Shown here in pieces: positions 9,306-18,653 of a stretch of 41,819 nt of DNA. Within the stretch, counting starts at the first letter, position 1. Every line of letters begins with the position of its first letter. The stretch lies in the sequence record SRR31156797_617, one strand, 5' to 3'. Position numbers and translations under genes: made by a program. The notes beneath the pieces are model-generated. The model saw only the letters and a list, made by a program, of their open reading frames with translations, was not told where the DNA came from and searched no databases.

Positions 9306-10391
9306 ATGACCAGCATAACGAAACCGACCCTATTACTCGACGAAAAAAAATGCAGATTAAACATCCGTCGAATGGCTTACAAAGCCAGCGAGAACAATGT
9401 ATCTTTTCGACCTCATTTTAAAACTCATCAATCATTGGAAATTGGACAGTGGTTTAAAGAAGAAGATGTTACAAAAATTACAGTTTCGTCTGTTTCAATG
9501 GCGGAATACTTTGCTCCCGAATGGAATGATATCTTAATAGCTTTTCCTGTCAATATTCGGGAAATAGACCAAATTAATAATCTTGCTGAGCGTATTTCGC
9601 TTCAGTTAGTAGTAGAAAGTGTAGAAACAATTGGATTTTTATCTCAAAATCTTAAAAGTCAGGCCGGATTCTATATAAAAATTGATGCAGGTTACGATCG
9701 AACAGGTGTGGATGCCGCAAATTATGAATTAGTTGATCAAATCTTACAAAAAGCTCAAGAAAGCGAAAAGCTTGAATTCACTGGATTTCTCTCCCATGCA
9801 GGCCACACTTACAATACTGATTCAATTACAGATATTTTTAAAATTCGCAATGAGGAGAATTTAGCCATGCTGCAGTTAAAAGCTAAATATATTGGAGCCC
9901 ATCCTAATATAATAGCTTCCATTGGCGACACACCATCATGCAGCTTGGCTGACCATTTTTCCGGTATTGATGAAATCCGTCCCGGTAATTTTGTATTTTA
10001 TGACCTGATGCAGTTGAGTTTGGGATCTTGTACGCCGGAACAAATTGCAGTTGCCATGGCTTGTCCGGTGGTGGCGATTCATAAAAACCGTAATGAAATG
10101 GTAATTTATGGTGGCGGCGTACATTTTTCCAAAGACATGATTCAAATTAATGAAACTTCTATTTACGGGCAAGTTGTTGAAAAAGAAAATGATGGATGGG
10201 GTCAGCCCATTCCCAAAATGATTGTAAAACGGTTATCTCAGGAGCACGGAATCATTCATTTACCCGACGAATATTTTGACAAGTTTAAGGTTGGGGATCT
10301 TGTGTATGTATTGCCTGTTCATTCTTGTATGACTGCGGATATATACGACTCTTATATTACTACAAAGGGCAAAGTAATCAGTCGGTTCTAA
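9306..10391 (+). CDS. PLP-dependent fold-type III enzyme, D-threonine aldolase/D-serine dehydratase (DSD1) family
   Basis: FRPHFKTH (PLP Lys), HAGHTY, GDTP, EIRPGNFVFYD, LSQEHG and PVHSC metal motifs. Confidence 0.88.
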   Translation: MTSITKPTLLLDEKKCRLNIRRMAYKASENNVSFRPHFKTHQSLEIGQWFKEEDVTKITVSSVSMAEYFAPEWNDILIAFPVNIREIDQINNLAERISLQLVVESVETIGFLSQNLKSQAGFYIKIDAGYDRTGVDAANYELVDQILQKAQESEKLEFTGFLSHAGHTYNTDSITDIFKIRNEENLAMLQLKAKYIGAHPNIIASIGDTPSCSLADHFSGIDEIRPGNFVFYDLMQLSLGSCTPEQIAVAMACPVVAIHKNRNEMVIYGGGVHFSKDMIQINETSIYGQVVEKENDGWGQPIPKMIVKRLSQEHGIIHLPDEYFDKFKVGDLVYVLPVHSCMTADIYDSYITTKGKVISRF

Positions 10392-10685
10392 GACTACTTC
10401 TTAATACCTTTTTAAGTTTCGCAAAACTCCTTTTTAATTCAAAAGGTAGGGTAAATCCATTTTTATTCGGCTATATATAAAAGCGAATGAGAAATGTATG
10501 ATTGTTATGAGCTAAGGTGCTGGTTAATGTCTATAAAAGTGTATAATACCTTTAAAATTCTGTTAGAGTAATAAAATTTTCACAGATACAAAAAGGCTTT
10601 CTACTGAATTCTGCCTGTCACTTATTGATCATTTTTGATTTCGCCTTTTTTACACCTTAATATTGACTCATTAAACAAATAATTA

Positions 10686-11432
10686 ATGAAAGCTATTGAA
10701 ACGATATTGGACATGTATTATCCAGTGTCTCTTAAAGAAATGGATAATGTGAAATTAATGAACAGGGTCGACACTAAGTTTGTGTGTCATCCGGGAATGC
10801 TTCCTCTTTTATTATTTGATGTTTTAAAAGACTATAAAGTGCTTGAAATAGAAGGCGGTCGAATTATGCCTTACCGGACTATCTATTTTGACACACCAGA
10901 TTTTAGCATGTATAACCAACATCAAAATGGTAAACTCAATCGATATAAAGTTAGAAATCGTGAGTATTCAGTTTCAGATCTTCATTTTATAGAGATTAAA
11001 TTTAAGAATAATAAAGGGCGCACAATTAAGAATCGGATTCCAGTAAGCAATACGTTAGACTATCTTGATTTAAATGAGCTTTTGTTTGTTGACAAAAACA
11101 CTCCTTATACTGCAACGGAACTTGAAGCTAAATTGTGGAATAGTTTTAAAAGAATTACACTAGTTGGGCAAGATGAACGCGTGACAATTGATTTTGGATT
11201 GTGTTTTAGTGATGTTTTTGGAAGCGAAAAAAAATGCTTTGATATTGCCGTTATAGAAACCAAACAATCTTCACGTAATTTACAGTCAGGTATAGCACTA
11301 TCACTTAAGAAGAACGGGGTAAGACCACAGAACTTTAGTAAATATTGTATGGGAGCATCTGTTCTTTTTGACCATTTGAAAAGTAATAGATTAAAATCTA
11401 ATCATCTAGTAATAAGTAAAATATCAGCATAA
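10686..11432 (+). CDS. VTC-domain (polyphosphate polymerase-like, CYTH/TTM fold) protein
   Basis: LMNRVDTKF, IYFDT, RYKVRNREY, IEIKFK, ERVTID, IETK and FSKYC motifs typical of bacterial VTC-domain proteins. Confidence 0.85.
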   Translation: MKAIETILDMYYPVSLKEMDNVKLMNRVDTKFVCHPGMLPLLLFDVLKDYKVLEIEGGRIMPYRTIYFDTPDFSMYNQHQNGKLNRYKVRNREYSVSDLHFIEIKFKNNKGRTIKNRIPVSNTLDYLDLNELLFVDKNTPYTATELEAKLWNSFKRITLVGQDERVTIDFGLCFSDVFGSEKKCFDIAVIETKQSSRNLQSGIALSLKKNGVRPQNFSKYCMGASVLFDHLKSNRLKSNHLVISKISA

Positions 11433-11433
11433 A

Positions 11434-12144
11434 ATGAGTATCATTTCATCAATATTATCATCTATTCCCATTTTAAATGCAGAAAAAATTGATTTAGAAC
11501 TATTCAATATCGATATCATCGATATGGAAGATTTTAGCGAATTGATTATTCGATTTGTATTTAACCTGGTTGTGAATTTCATTATTGTTAAAGTTTTGTA
11601 TTATAACGCTACTAAGCGGAAAGATTACCTTTTCACTTACATTCTAATTAGTGTTGTTGTTTTTCTTTTATGTTTTCTATTAGAGAATGTAAAATTAGAG
11701 CTCGGCTTTGCACTGGGCTTGTTTGCCATTTTCGGAATAATCCGATACCGCACCATTACAATTCCAATTAAGGAAATGACTTATCTCTTTATAGTCATTG
11801 GATTATCTGTAATAAATGCACTTGCAAATAAAAAGGTAAGCTATGCTGAGTTAATTTTTACGAATCTGGCTGTAGTTGGAGTGGTCTATTTACTTGAACG
11901 TATATGGCTACTCAAACATGAGGGAAGTAAGCGCATCACTTATGAAAAAATTGATCTTATAAAACCAGAAAATTATCAGTTATTAATTGAGGATTTGAAA
12001 GAGAGAACGGGGCTGGATATCAATAGAGTTGAGATTGGAAAAATCAATTTTTTACGAGATACGGCTGAGGTAAAAATATACTATTTCAATGGAATAAATA
12101 GTATGGAATGTGACGATGATCAATTTCCAATAATCGAAGAATAA
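11434..12144 (+). CDS. DUF4956-like inner-membrane protein
   Basis: LGFALGLFAIFGIIRYRT and KEMTYLF motifs; about 5 TM helices plus a soluble C-terminal domain; 1-nt gap after the VTC gene. Confidence 0.85.
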   Translation: MSIISSILSSIPILNAEKIDLELFNIDIIDMEDFSELIIRFVFNLVVNFIIVKVLYYNATKRKDYLFTYILISVVVFLLCFLLENVKLELGFALGLFAIFGIIRYRTITIPIKEMTYLFIVIGLSVINALANKKVSYAELIFTNLAVVGVVYLLERIWLLKHEGSKRITYEKIDLIKPENYQLLIEDLKERTGLDINRVEIGKINFLRDTAEVKIYYFNGINSMECDDDQFPIIEE

Positions 12145-12174
12145 GTAAGCCGTATAGTAATTTAAAAAAGAAGC

Positions 12175-12867
12175 ATGATAAGCAATAGAATAAGAACTAC
12201 GATAATCTTAATTTGTGTTTTAGTAATCTCAGCTTATGCCCAGGAAGAAGATACAAAAGTTGTGAAAGATCTTGAGCTATGGACAAGTGCCGGTATATCC
12301 AAAAAATTAAAAAAGCATTGGAAACTTTCTTATGATCAGGAAGTACGCTTTTTAAATGATATGTCTGAGTTCAGCACCTGGTTTTCTGACCTGGGTGTCG
12401 ATTACAAATTGAATAAGCATATTAGATTTGGGACTAACTACAGATTTTATCAAATAAGAGAAGATAATAATCAATTTGAAAGCCGACATCGGTTTAGTGC
12501 AGATTTCAAATACAAACATAAAATCGAAAGATTTGAATTGGAATATCGTCTCAGGGCGCAAAATAAAGATGAAGACTTTATGGGTAATGAAACCGGGGAC
12601 AATGTTTTTAATTTTAGGAATAGATTATCGGTAGCGTATGATATTAAGAATTTTAAGGCCCAACCATTTTTTGATGTAGAACTTTACAGGCGTATTTATG
12701 ATATGCAAAGTGGTAAGTTCAGTAAGCTAAGGTGGACGCTTGGTGTTGAATTTCCTGTGTATAAGAAAAGTGATGTCAAGCTGTTTTACAGGCTTGATAA
12801 TGAGCTGAATAAAACATATGCTAAAGACACATACATAATAGGTGTTGGCTATTCATTTTCATTTTAA
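12175..12867 (+). CDS. DUF2490-like outer-membrane beta-barrel protein
   Basis: Signal peptide (AYA|Q), amphipathic beta-strands, RNRLSVAY motif, C-terminal GVGYSFSF ending in Phe. Confidence 0.78.
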   Translation: MISNRIRTTIILICVLVISAYAQEEDTKVVKDLELWTSAGISKKLKKHWKLSYDQEVRFLNDMSEFSTWFSDLGVDYKLNKHIRFGTNYRFYQIREDNNQFESRHRFSADFKYKHKIERFELEYRLRAQNKDEDFMGNETGDNVFNFRNRLSVAYDIKNFKAQPFFDVELYRRIYDMQSGKFSKLRWTLGVEFPVYKKSDVKLFYRLDNELNKTYAKDTYIIGVGYSFSF

Positions 12868-12888
12868 AACCACAAAAAAAACAACAAT

Positions 12889-14304
12889 ATGAACAGGATA
12901 AGAAGTAATAACATGAATTTTGTATTGATCACATTATTGGCTTTCTTTTTAAGCATTTCATGCCATGAAGAGGTTGTGGTAGATGATAATGGAGATACCT
13001 CAGGTCAGGGCCTTCCTGATTGGACAACTCAGACGCATTCAGATAACGCAGAGCCAAATTATTCCATGATTTTTCCGCAAGAGCGCGTGAATCGAATCGA
13101 CATTGTTTTCGAGACAGATGAATGGGAAGCAATGCTCCAGGATATGACAGACAATCTTGGTGAGTTTGGAACCGGAGGTGGTCCACCACCGCCGCCCCCT
13201 ATTTTTAAATCTATTACAAATGAGGATTTTACTCCTGTATTTCAACCAGCATCAATTTTCATGGATGGTATAGAATGGTATCATGTGGGAGTACGCTTTA
13301 AAGGCAATTCAAGCTTGCGGTCAACATGGAGTATGGGCTGTTACAAGTTTGCATTTCGATTTGATTTTGATGAGTTTGAAGATGTGTATCCCGAAATAAA
13401 CGACCAACGATTCTATGGATTCCAAAAGATTGCTTTTTCAAATAATTTCAATGATAGATCATTTCTGCATGAAAAAGTTGCAGCTGATATATTCAGGTCT
13501 GCAGGTATTCCGGCACCGCAGACAGCATATTACACCATTTACGTCGATTATGGCGAAGGACCAATATATTTTGGATTGTATACTGCAGTTGAAATTGTAG
13601 AAGATACAATGCTCGAAGAACAATTCGGAAATAGCGATGGCAACTGCTATAAGCCAGAATACGATGGAGCTACTTTTGCCGATGGGACATTCTACACACC
13701 TGATTTCGATTTAAAAACCAATGAAGACATTGCTGATTATAGTGATGTGGAAGCACTATACAACATTATTAATTCAGATCTTCGAACAACAGATGTAAAT
13801 CAATGGAAGAGTGAGCTTGAAGCAGTATTTGATGTGGATGCCTTTATGCATTGGTTGGCAGTAAATACAACCATTCAGAACTGGGATACTTACGGTATAA
13901 TGAGTCATAATTATTATTTGTATCACAATACTGCCACTGACAAATTAGTATGGATTCCGTGGGATAATAATGAGGCACTTAGTGATTTTATGAGAGAGCC
14001 ACTACCACTCTCAATGGATATCGTAACATCTGATTGGCCTTTAATTAAATACCTCATTGAGCAAGATGATTATAGAGCATTGTACGAGAGTTATTTGCTT
14101 CAAACTATTGAAGGTCCGTTTAATCCTTCAACCATTAAAAACACGTACCAGTACTATCATGATTTAGTTGCTGATTATGCTGAGGCTGAGCAGGAAGATT
14201 ATACTTTTTTGCATACAATTTCAGATTTCACGAATGCGCTGGATGAGCAAAATGATCATGCTGATCGCCGATATGATGCAGTTATGGAATATCTTGGAAG
14301 ATAA
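12889..14304 (+). CDS. CotH kinase family lipoprotein (start could be ATG 12913)
   Basis: Lipobox LSIS-C; GVRFKGNSS, NWDTY..MSHNYYLY and WIPWDNNEAL CotH atypical-kinase motifs. Confidence 0.86.
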   Translation: MNRIRSNNMNFVLITLLAFFLSISCHEEVVVDDNGDTSGQGLPDWTTQTHSDNAEPNYSMIFPQERVNRIDIVFETDEWEAMLQDMTDNLGEFGTGGGPPPPPPIFKSITNEDFTPVFQPASIFMDGIEWYHVGVRFKGNSSLRSTWSMGCYKFAFRFDFDEFEDVYPEINDQRFYGFQKIAFSNNFNDRSFLHEKVAADIFRSAGIPAPQTAYYTIYVDYGEGPIYFGLYTAVEIVEDTMLEEQFGNSDGNCYKPEYDGATFADGTFYTPDFDLKTNEDIADYSDVEALYNIINSDLRTTDVNQWKSELEAVFDVDAFMHWLAVNTTIQNWDTYGIMSHNYYLYHNTATDKLVWIPWDNNEALSDFMREPLPLSMDIVTSDWPLIKYLIEQDDYRALYESYLLQTIEGPFNPSTIKNTYQYYHDLVADYAEAEQEDYTFLHTISDFTNALDEQNDHADRRYDAVMEYLGR

Positions 14305-14339
14305 TTACATTTATATAGCGGAAGATTGATAGTAGGGTT

Positions 14340-14386
14340 AGTCCGGAATTGTTATTTTTGAAGTAAAATAATAATTCCGGACTTTT
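14340..14386 (+). terminator. 19-bp-stem hairpin after the CotH operon; probable terminator overlapping a -7 box
   Basis: AGTCCGGAATTGTTATTTT (14340-14358) pairs with AAAATAATAATTCCGGACT (14365-14383) with one G-U, followed by a short T run. Confidence 0.6.
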
Positions 14387-14920
14387 ATGAATGAACGCAA
14401 ATTAATACTCTACATAGCCTGCTCACTAGACGGTTACATATCCAAACCCAATGATGATTTGAGTTTTCTTGACCGCATGCAACAAGAAGGAGAAGATTAC
14501 GGTTATGGAGATTTTATTAAAGATGCAGACACCATAATAATTGGTCGCAAAACCTATGAATGGGTAATCAATCAGGGATTTGAATACCCGCATCACGATA
14601 AGGATGTGTATGTAATTACGCGCACCGGCAAACCAAAAGAAGGTAATGTGACTTATTATGCCGGTGATGTCAAAAAGCTTGTGCAAAACATAAAACAAGA
14701 AGAAGGTAAAAACATATACTGTGACGGTGGTGCTGAAATTGTAAATCTGCTCTTAAAAGAAAAGCTTTTCGATGAGTTAATTATTTCTATCGTACCTGTG
14801 GTTTTGGGAGAAGGAACCAGATTATTCAATGATAATTATCCCGAACAAAATCTTGAGTTAATTTCAGCTACCAGTTTCGATAAGGGCATGGTGCAGTTGC
14901 GGTATAAGATTGAATCATAA
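14387..14920 (+). CDS. Dihydrofolate reductase/RibD C-terminal domain protein
   Basis: YIACSLDGYI, IIGRKTY, GGAEI and PVVLGEGTRLF motifs. Confidence 0.88.
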   Translation: MNERKLILYIACSLDGYISKPNDDLSFLDRMQQEGEDYGYGDFIKDADTIIIGRKTYEWVINQGFEYPHHDKDVYVITRTGKPKEGNVTYYAGDVKKLVQNIKQEEGKNIYCDGGAEIVNLLLKEKLFDELIISIVPVVLGEGTRLFNDNYPEQNLELISATSFDKGMVQLRYKIES

Positions 14921-14947
14921 AGTCAATGATAATACGTTATTAAAATA

Positions 14948-16315
14948 ATGAAAACATCACTCACAATCATTTTAACTGTGATAATTGGTTTTTTAATTGC
15001 CCAAAATGATGACCATTTTAATAAACCCTATATTTTATTTTCTGAAAGTGGGGATTTTTATTTGAGATCAATACCCTTTAATGAACAACCAATAGATCAA
15101 TCAGGTATTACATCAATATTTAATTCAAAAAGCGATGAAGTAGTATATTCAATTAGCCGATATTTTAATTCTAGTGGCATTGCTTTAAGTAATGATGGGC
15201 AATCTGTATTGTGTATTGAGGAATATATTATCATGGATGAAGAGCATCTTGTTTTATATTATAGAAATGGTGAGTTAATTAAGACGTATTGTGCAAATCA
15301 GTTTGTGGATAGAATAGACAAAAAACACAATAATTTCCATTATAAATTTCTTCAAGGTGAGGTTAAAATGGATGAACATTATGAAGTATTCGTGAATCTC
15401 GCCGAGAAACCAATAAGAGTTAATCAAGATTATGTTTATTACGCAAGTTCAAATTCTGAGTTAGTTGTGTTTGATCTGAACACAGGTATCATAGAGCAAA
15501 AACACCGCATCGATATTAATTTTAACGAAGATATCTTGCGAATTGATAAAAGAAAGTTTAATTGGATCGAACATCAATTGCCTCTAAGAAATGGATTCCC
15601 AGAATTGATAAATGGAAAGGCATTTAGCAAAGTGTTTGAAGAAAGATTTGGTTTTAAAAAGTGCATTACAACAAACGGCTTTTTTGGATATTATTTGGAG
15701 TTTTCATGTGTCATTGATAATACTGGTTCTTGTATTGATGCAAATGTTGATTTTAGTGATTCAACCTTAAATAGTGAAATAGAAAGGTTTTTATTGAAGT
15801 TACGTTTTAATAAGGATGTTGTTAAAGACCCCTTTCCGCAATGGCATTTTTATCACAATGAGCTTTATAGATTAGCAGATTTAAATTTAGCAAAAAAAGA
15901 ATTTCATGAGTTTTTAGAGAAAAACCGTAAGAAATGGCAGCAACAAGTTAAAAGAAAATCAATTAATGGTAACTATATACCAAAAAATATAAATGATTGT
16001 TTCAGAGAACTTGATAAATTTCTCTCTAATGATCAAAAAGATACTTTAAAGCAAGTCCATAGAATTAGTTTTTTTGAAGATTTGGAAATAGATTTGATTG
16101 AGAAATGGTCCTTGAGAGAAGGTTCAAGGTTGCAAAAATATTTTTTAGATTTGGGAATAAATGATCATCAAAAAATGGCTCATATTATTGTGGAAACCTA
16201 TTATAGAAATTCTACAAATCAAGACATTAGGTTTCACGAGCTAATTGAAAAGCATAAATCTTCTGAAATTGATGTCTATGAATCAATTTGGAGGAAAGGT
16301 AAAGTTTATAAGTGA
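14948..16315 (+). CDS. Secreted hypothetical protein with a C-terminal DUF6794-like domain
   Basis: Signal peptide (LIA|Q); C-terminal YIPKNINDCFRELDK...WSLREGSRLQKYF..LGI. Confidence 0.6.
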   Translation: MKTSLTIILTVIIGFLIAQNDDHFNKPYILFSESGDFYLRSIPFNEQPIDQSGITSIFNSKSDEVVYSISRYFNSSGIALSNDGQSVLCIEEYIIMDEEHLVLYYRNGELIKTYCANQFVDRIDKKHNNFHYKFLQGEVKMDEHYEVFVNLAEKPIRVNQDYVYYASSNSELVVFDLNTGIIEQKHRIDINFNEDILRIDKRKFNWIEHQLPLRNGFPELINGKAFSKVFEERFGFKKCITTNGFFGYYLEFSCVIDNTGSCIDANVDFSDSTLNSEIERFLLKLRFNKDVVKDPFPQWHFYHNELYRLADLNLAKKEFHEFLEKNRKKWQQQVKRKSINGNYIPKNINDCFRELDKFLSNDQKDTLKQVHRISFFEDLEIDLIEKWSLREGSRLQKYFLDLGINDHQKMAHIIVETYYRNSTNQDIRFHELIEKHKSSEIDVYESIWRKGKVYK

Positions 16316-16318
16316 GAT

Positions 16319-16663
16319 ATGGCCTACGACGAACACCTCGCATATCGCATAAAGATGGTATTGCAGGAAAAGCAAGTTTTCTTTGTTGAAAAGAAAATGT
16401 TTGGTGGGTTGTGCTATATGGTGGACGATAAGCTTTGTGTTGGAGTAATGAAAAATGATCTCATTGTGCGTATTGATCCAGAAGAGTTTGATGAGTTCCT
16501 AACCCTGGATGAGTGTGAACCCTTGGATAAATCTGGTCGTTCCATGAAAGGATTTATTCTGATTGATCCCATCGGAGTCGATATGGAAGAAGATCTGGAA
16601 AAGTGGGTGCAGCGTTGTTTGGATTTTAATCCGAAGGCGAGAGCAAGTAAAAAGAGAAAATAA
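16319..16663 (+). CDS. TfoX/Sxy N-terminal domain protein
   Basis: MAYDEHLA, EKKMFGGLCYMV and MKGFILI motifs. Confidence 0.88.
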   Translation: MAYDEHLAYRIKMVLQEKQVFFVEKKMFGGLCYMVDDKLCVGVMKNDLIVRIDPEEFDEFLTLDECEPLDKSGRSMKGFILIDPIGVDMEEDLEKWVQRCLDFNPKARASKKRK

Positions 16664-16691
16664 GCTTACTTTTATCAATAAAATTATTGTT

Positions 16692-17621
16692 ATGAAAAAC
16701 ATTTGGCTTTTACTATTATTCCCCATATTTTTTTCTTCTTGCTATAAAAAGAAAAGTGATATTCAGCTAATTGAAAGATATTATCTAGCATTAAACAACG
16801 GAGATTACAAAACAGCTTCTTCATTAGTTGCTGAACAATTTGTAATGAGAGAAAATAAAAGCAATTATGAAATTTCTTTTGATATTGAAACTTTTCGTGA
16901 TTGGTTTCAATGGGATTCAGTTTTTAATCCATCATATGAGATATTGTCATCTGAACGGGTAAATGATACAGTGCACATAGCGATTTCAAAAAAATGTGAT
17001 CGTATTATGCTTTTCAATGAGGCACCTTTGAGATACTTAGCATATTTCGAAATATCAAATGGGAGAATTAAAGCAATAAATAGATATAGTTATTTAGGAA
17101 CAGATTGGCAGAAATGGACAAAAAATAAAGAGAGATTTCTACAGTTTGTTAATACTGAATTGAAAGAATATACTGATATTGAGAAGGTGCAGAATTTGGA
17201 ATTTGGTAACAGGTTTAAAAAAGCTATTCAGGTATTTCAATTTTATGACCAACACCCAATTACGTTAAAATCACCTCATGTAGAAATAAGAACATTAAAC
17301 CTGCAGTTTGATGAAAATGGAATCCCATCAGGTGATTATTATTTATATTATAATGATGGTATTGATAGTTTGCTAATTGATAAAGAATATAGCGGTAATT
17401 TAATTGAACCTGAACAATATAGTGAATATAACATCCCCGATAATGCAATAACTGCATTACATTCATATTGGGCAGGTGTAGGTTTGGTGCATTATGTAGT
17501 TAGATCTGATGCGAAGTTAACTGTTTTTAAATGTGCCTACGATGAAATGGAGGTCGTGGAAGCAGGAGAAGGAGAGAATCCATTTAGATATGAGAAATTT
17601 AGAATATTAAGAATAAAATAG
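16692..17621 (+). CDS. Lipoprotein with N-terminal SnoaL/NTF2-like domain and an unknown C-terminal domain
   Basis: ATG 16692 gives MKNIWLLLLFPIFFSS-C lipoprotein signal; IERYYLALNNGD..ASSLVA SnoaL-like start. Confidence 0.65.
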   Translation: MKNIWLLLLFPIFFSSCYKKKSDIQLIERYYLALNNGDYKTASSLVAEQFVMRENKSNYEISFDIETFRDWFQWDSVFNPSYEILSSERVNDTVHIAISKKCDRIMLFNEAPLRYLAYFEISNGRIKAINRYSYLGTDWQKWTKNKERFLQFVNTELKEYTDIEKVQNLEFGNRFKKAIQVFQFYDQHPITLKSPHVEIRTLNLQFDENGIPSGDYYLYYNDGIDSLLIDKEYSGNLIEPEQYSEYNIPDNAITALHSYWAGVGLVHYVVRSDAKLTVFKCAYDEMEVVEAGEGENPFRYEKFRILRIK

Positions 17622-17721
17622 AACTTAAAGTATTTATTTGTAGTCTCCAGGTGTAGTTATTCTCTTGTTAACTAAAAGGAACATCATAAAACTATATAAA
17701 GCCAGCCAGAAATAAATATCG

Positions 17722-17729
17722 TATATTTG
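17722..17729 (+). promoter_or_regulatory. Bacteroidota -7 promoter element (TATATTTG)
   Basis: Exact TAnnTTTG about 30 nt upstream of ATG 17761. Confidence 0.6.
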
Positions 17730-17760
17730 ATTATCATCAGTCAGAGTAAATGCTAAGATT

Positions 17761-18189
17761 ATGATAGTCAGTCAGAAATACCAGGATTTGATTGCGCCAT
17801 GTGGCATGAACTGTGGTCTCTGTATCGGTCATCTAAGAGAGAAAAAACCTTGCGGTGGTTGCTTTAAAATTGACGATGAAAACAAACCTAAAGTTTGTCG
17901 GAGTTGTGCTATTGTAAATTGCGAACATCTGGCTAAAACCGAATCAGGTTTCTGCTACGACTGTGATAATTATCCTTGTACGCGATTAAAAAACCTTGAC
18001 AAACGTTATCGCACAAAATACCGAATGAGCATGCTGGAAAATCTGGAGTTTATCAAAACTCAGGGTATGGAAGCATTTCTGAAAAAGGAAGAGCTAAAAT
18101 GGAAATGTCCGAAATGTGGAGCGGGTTTATGTGCACATAGAGATATCTGCCTTGAATGTAAGCATCCAATTAATGTGAAACTAATGTAG
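17761..18189 (+). CDS. DUF3795-like Cys-rich (metal-binding) protein
   Basis: IAPCGMNCGLC, CGGC, FCYDCDNYPC and CPKCG motifs. Confidence 0.8.
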   Translation: MIVSQKYQDLIAPCGMNCGLCIGHLREKKPCGGCFKIDDENKPKVCRSCAIVNCEHLAKTESGFCYDCDNYPCTRLKNLDKRYRTKYRMSMLENLEFIKTQGMEAFLKKEELKWKCPKCGAGLCAHRDICLECKHPINVKLM

Positions 18190-18203
18190 AAATCACACAA
18201 AGT

Positions 18204-18641
18204 ATGAGAAAGACTGAACCTCCTATTATTGTTGAACAATCTTTTGAATCATCAATCGAAAAATTGTGGTCTGCAATTACCACTCATGCTGAAATGGTTC
18301 AATGGTTTTTTGAGAATATTCCTGCTTTTGAACCTAAAGTCGGATTTCAAACGCAATTTGATGTGCAGTCAGCAGAGCGATTATTTCCCCATGTATGGAA
18401 AATAATAGAAGTTGAACCGCTAGAGAAAATAACTTACGATTGGCGTTATGAAGGTTATCAAGGTACAGCAAAGGTGACTTTTGAGCTTTTTGAACAAGAT
18501 TCTCATTCACTTCTAATACTAACCCATACTGTGTTGGAAGACTTTTCGGATGATATTCCGGAGTTTAAAAGAGAAAGTGGAGTGGAAGGATGGAACTATT
18601 TTATTAAAGATCGGTTAGTTGAGTATATGAATAATACTTAA
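18204..18641 (+). CDS. SRPBCC/AHSA1 domain protein
   Basis: KLWSAIT...QWFF, KITYDW, VTFEL, LTH and GWNY motifs. Confidence 0.85.
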   Translation: MRKTEPPIIVEQSFESSIEKLWSAITTHAEMVQWFFENIPAFEPKVGFQTQFDVQSAERLFPHVWKIIEVEPLEKITYDWRYEGYQGTAKVTFELFEQDSHSLLILTHTVLEDFSDDIPEFKRESGVEGWNYFIKDRLVEYMNNT

Positions 18642-18653
18642 TAAAGTCCTTTT

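Noticed and set aside
10392-10685. Riboswitch or PHO box upstream of the VTC operon
   Set aside because: No recognisable riboswitch consensus or 11-bp-period repeats by eye; needs an Rfam or motif scan
12889-14304. CotH as evidence of sporulation
   Set aside because: Bacteroidota context, lipoprotein signal and no sporulation genes; CotH kinases are widespread in non-sporulators
16563-16691. ORF-track N-terminal extension of the lipoprotein overlapping tfoX
   Set aside because: ATG 16692 gives a clean lipoprotein signal peptide and removes the 100-nt overlap
14387-18641. Run of short co-oriented cassette-type genes (DHFR-like, TfoX, SnoaL, DUF3795, SRPBCC) suggesting an integron array
   Set aside because: No recurring attC-like sites, most gaps are only 3-30 nt, and there is no integrase
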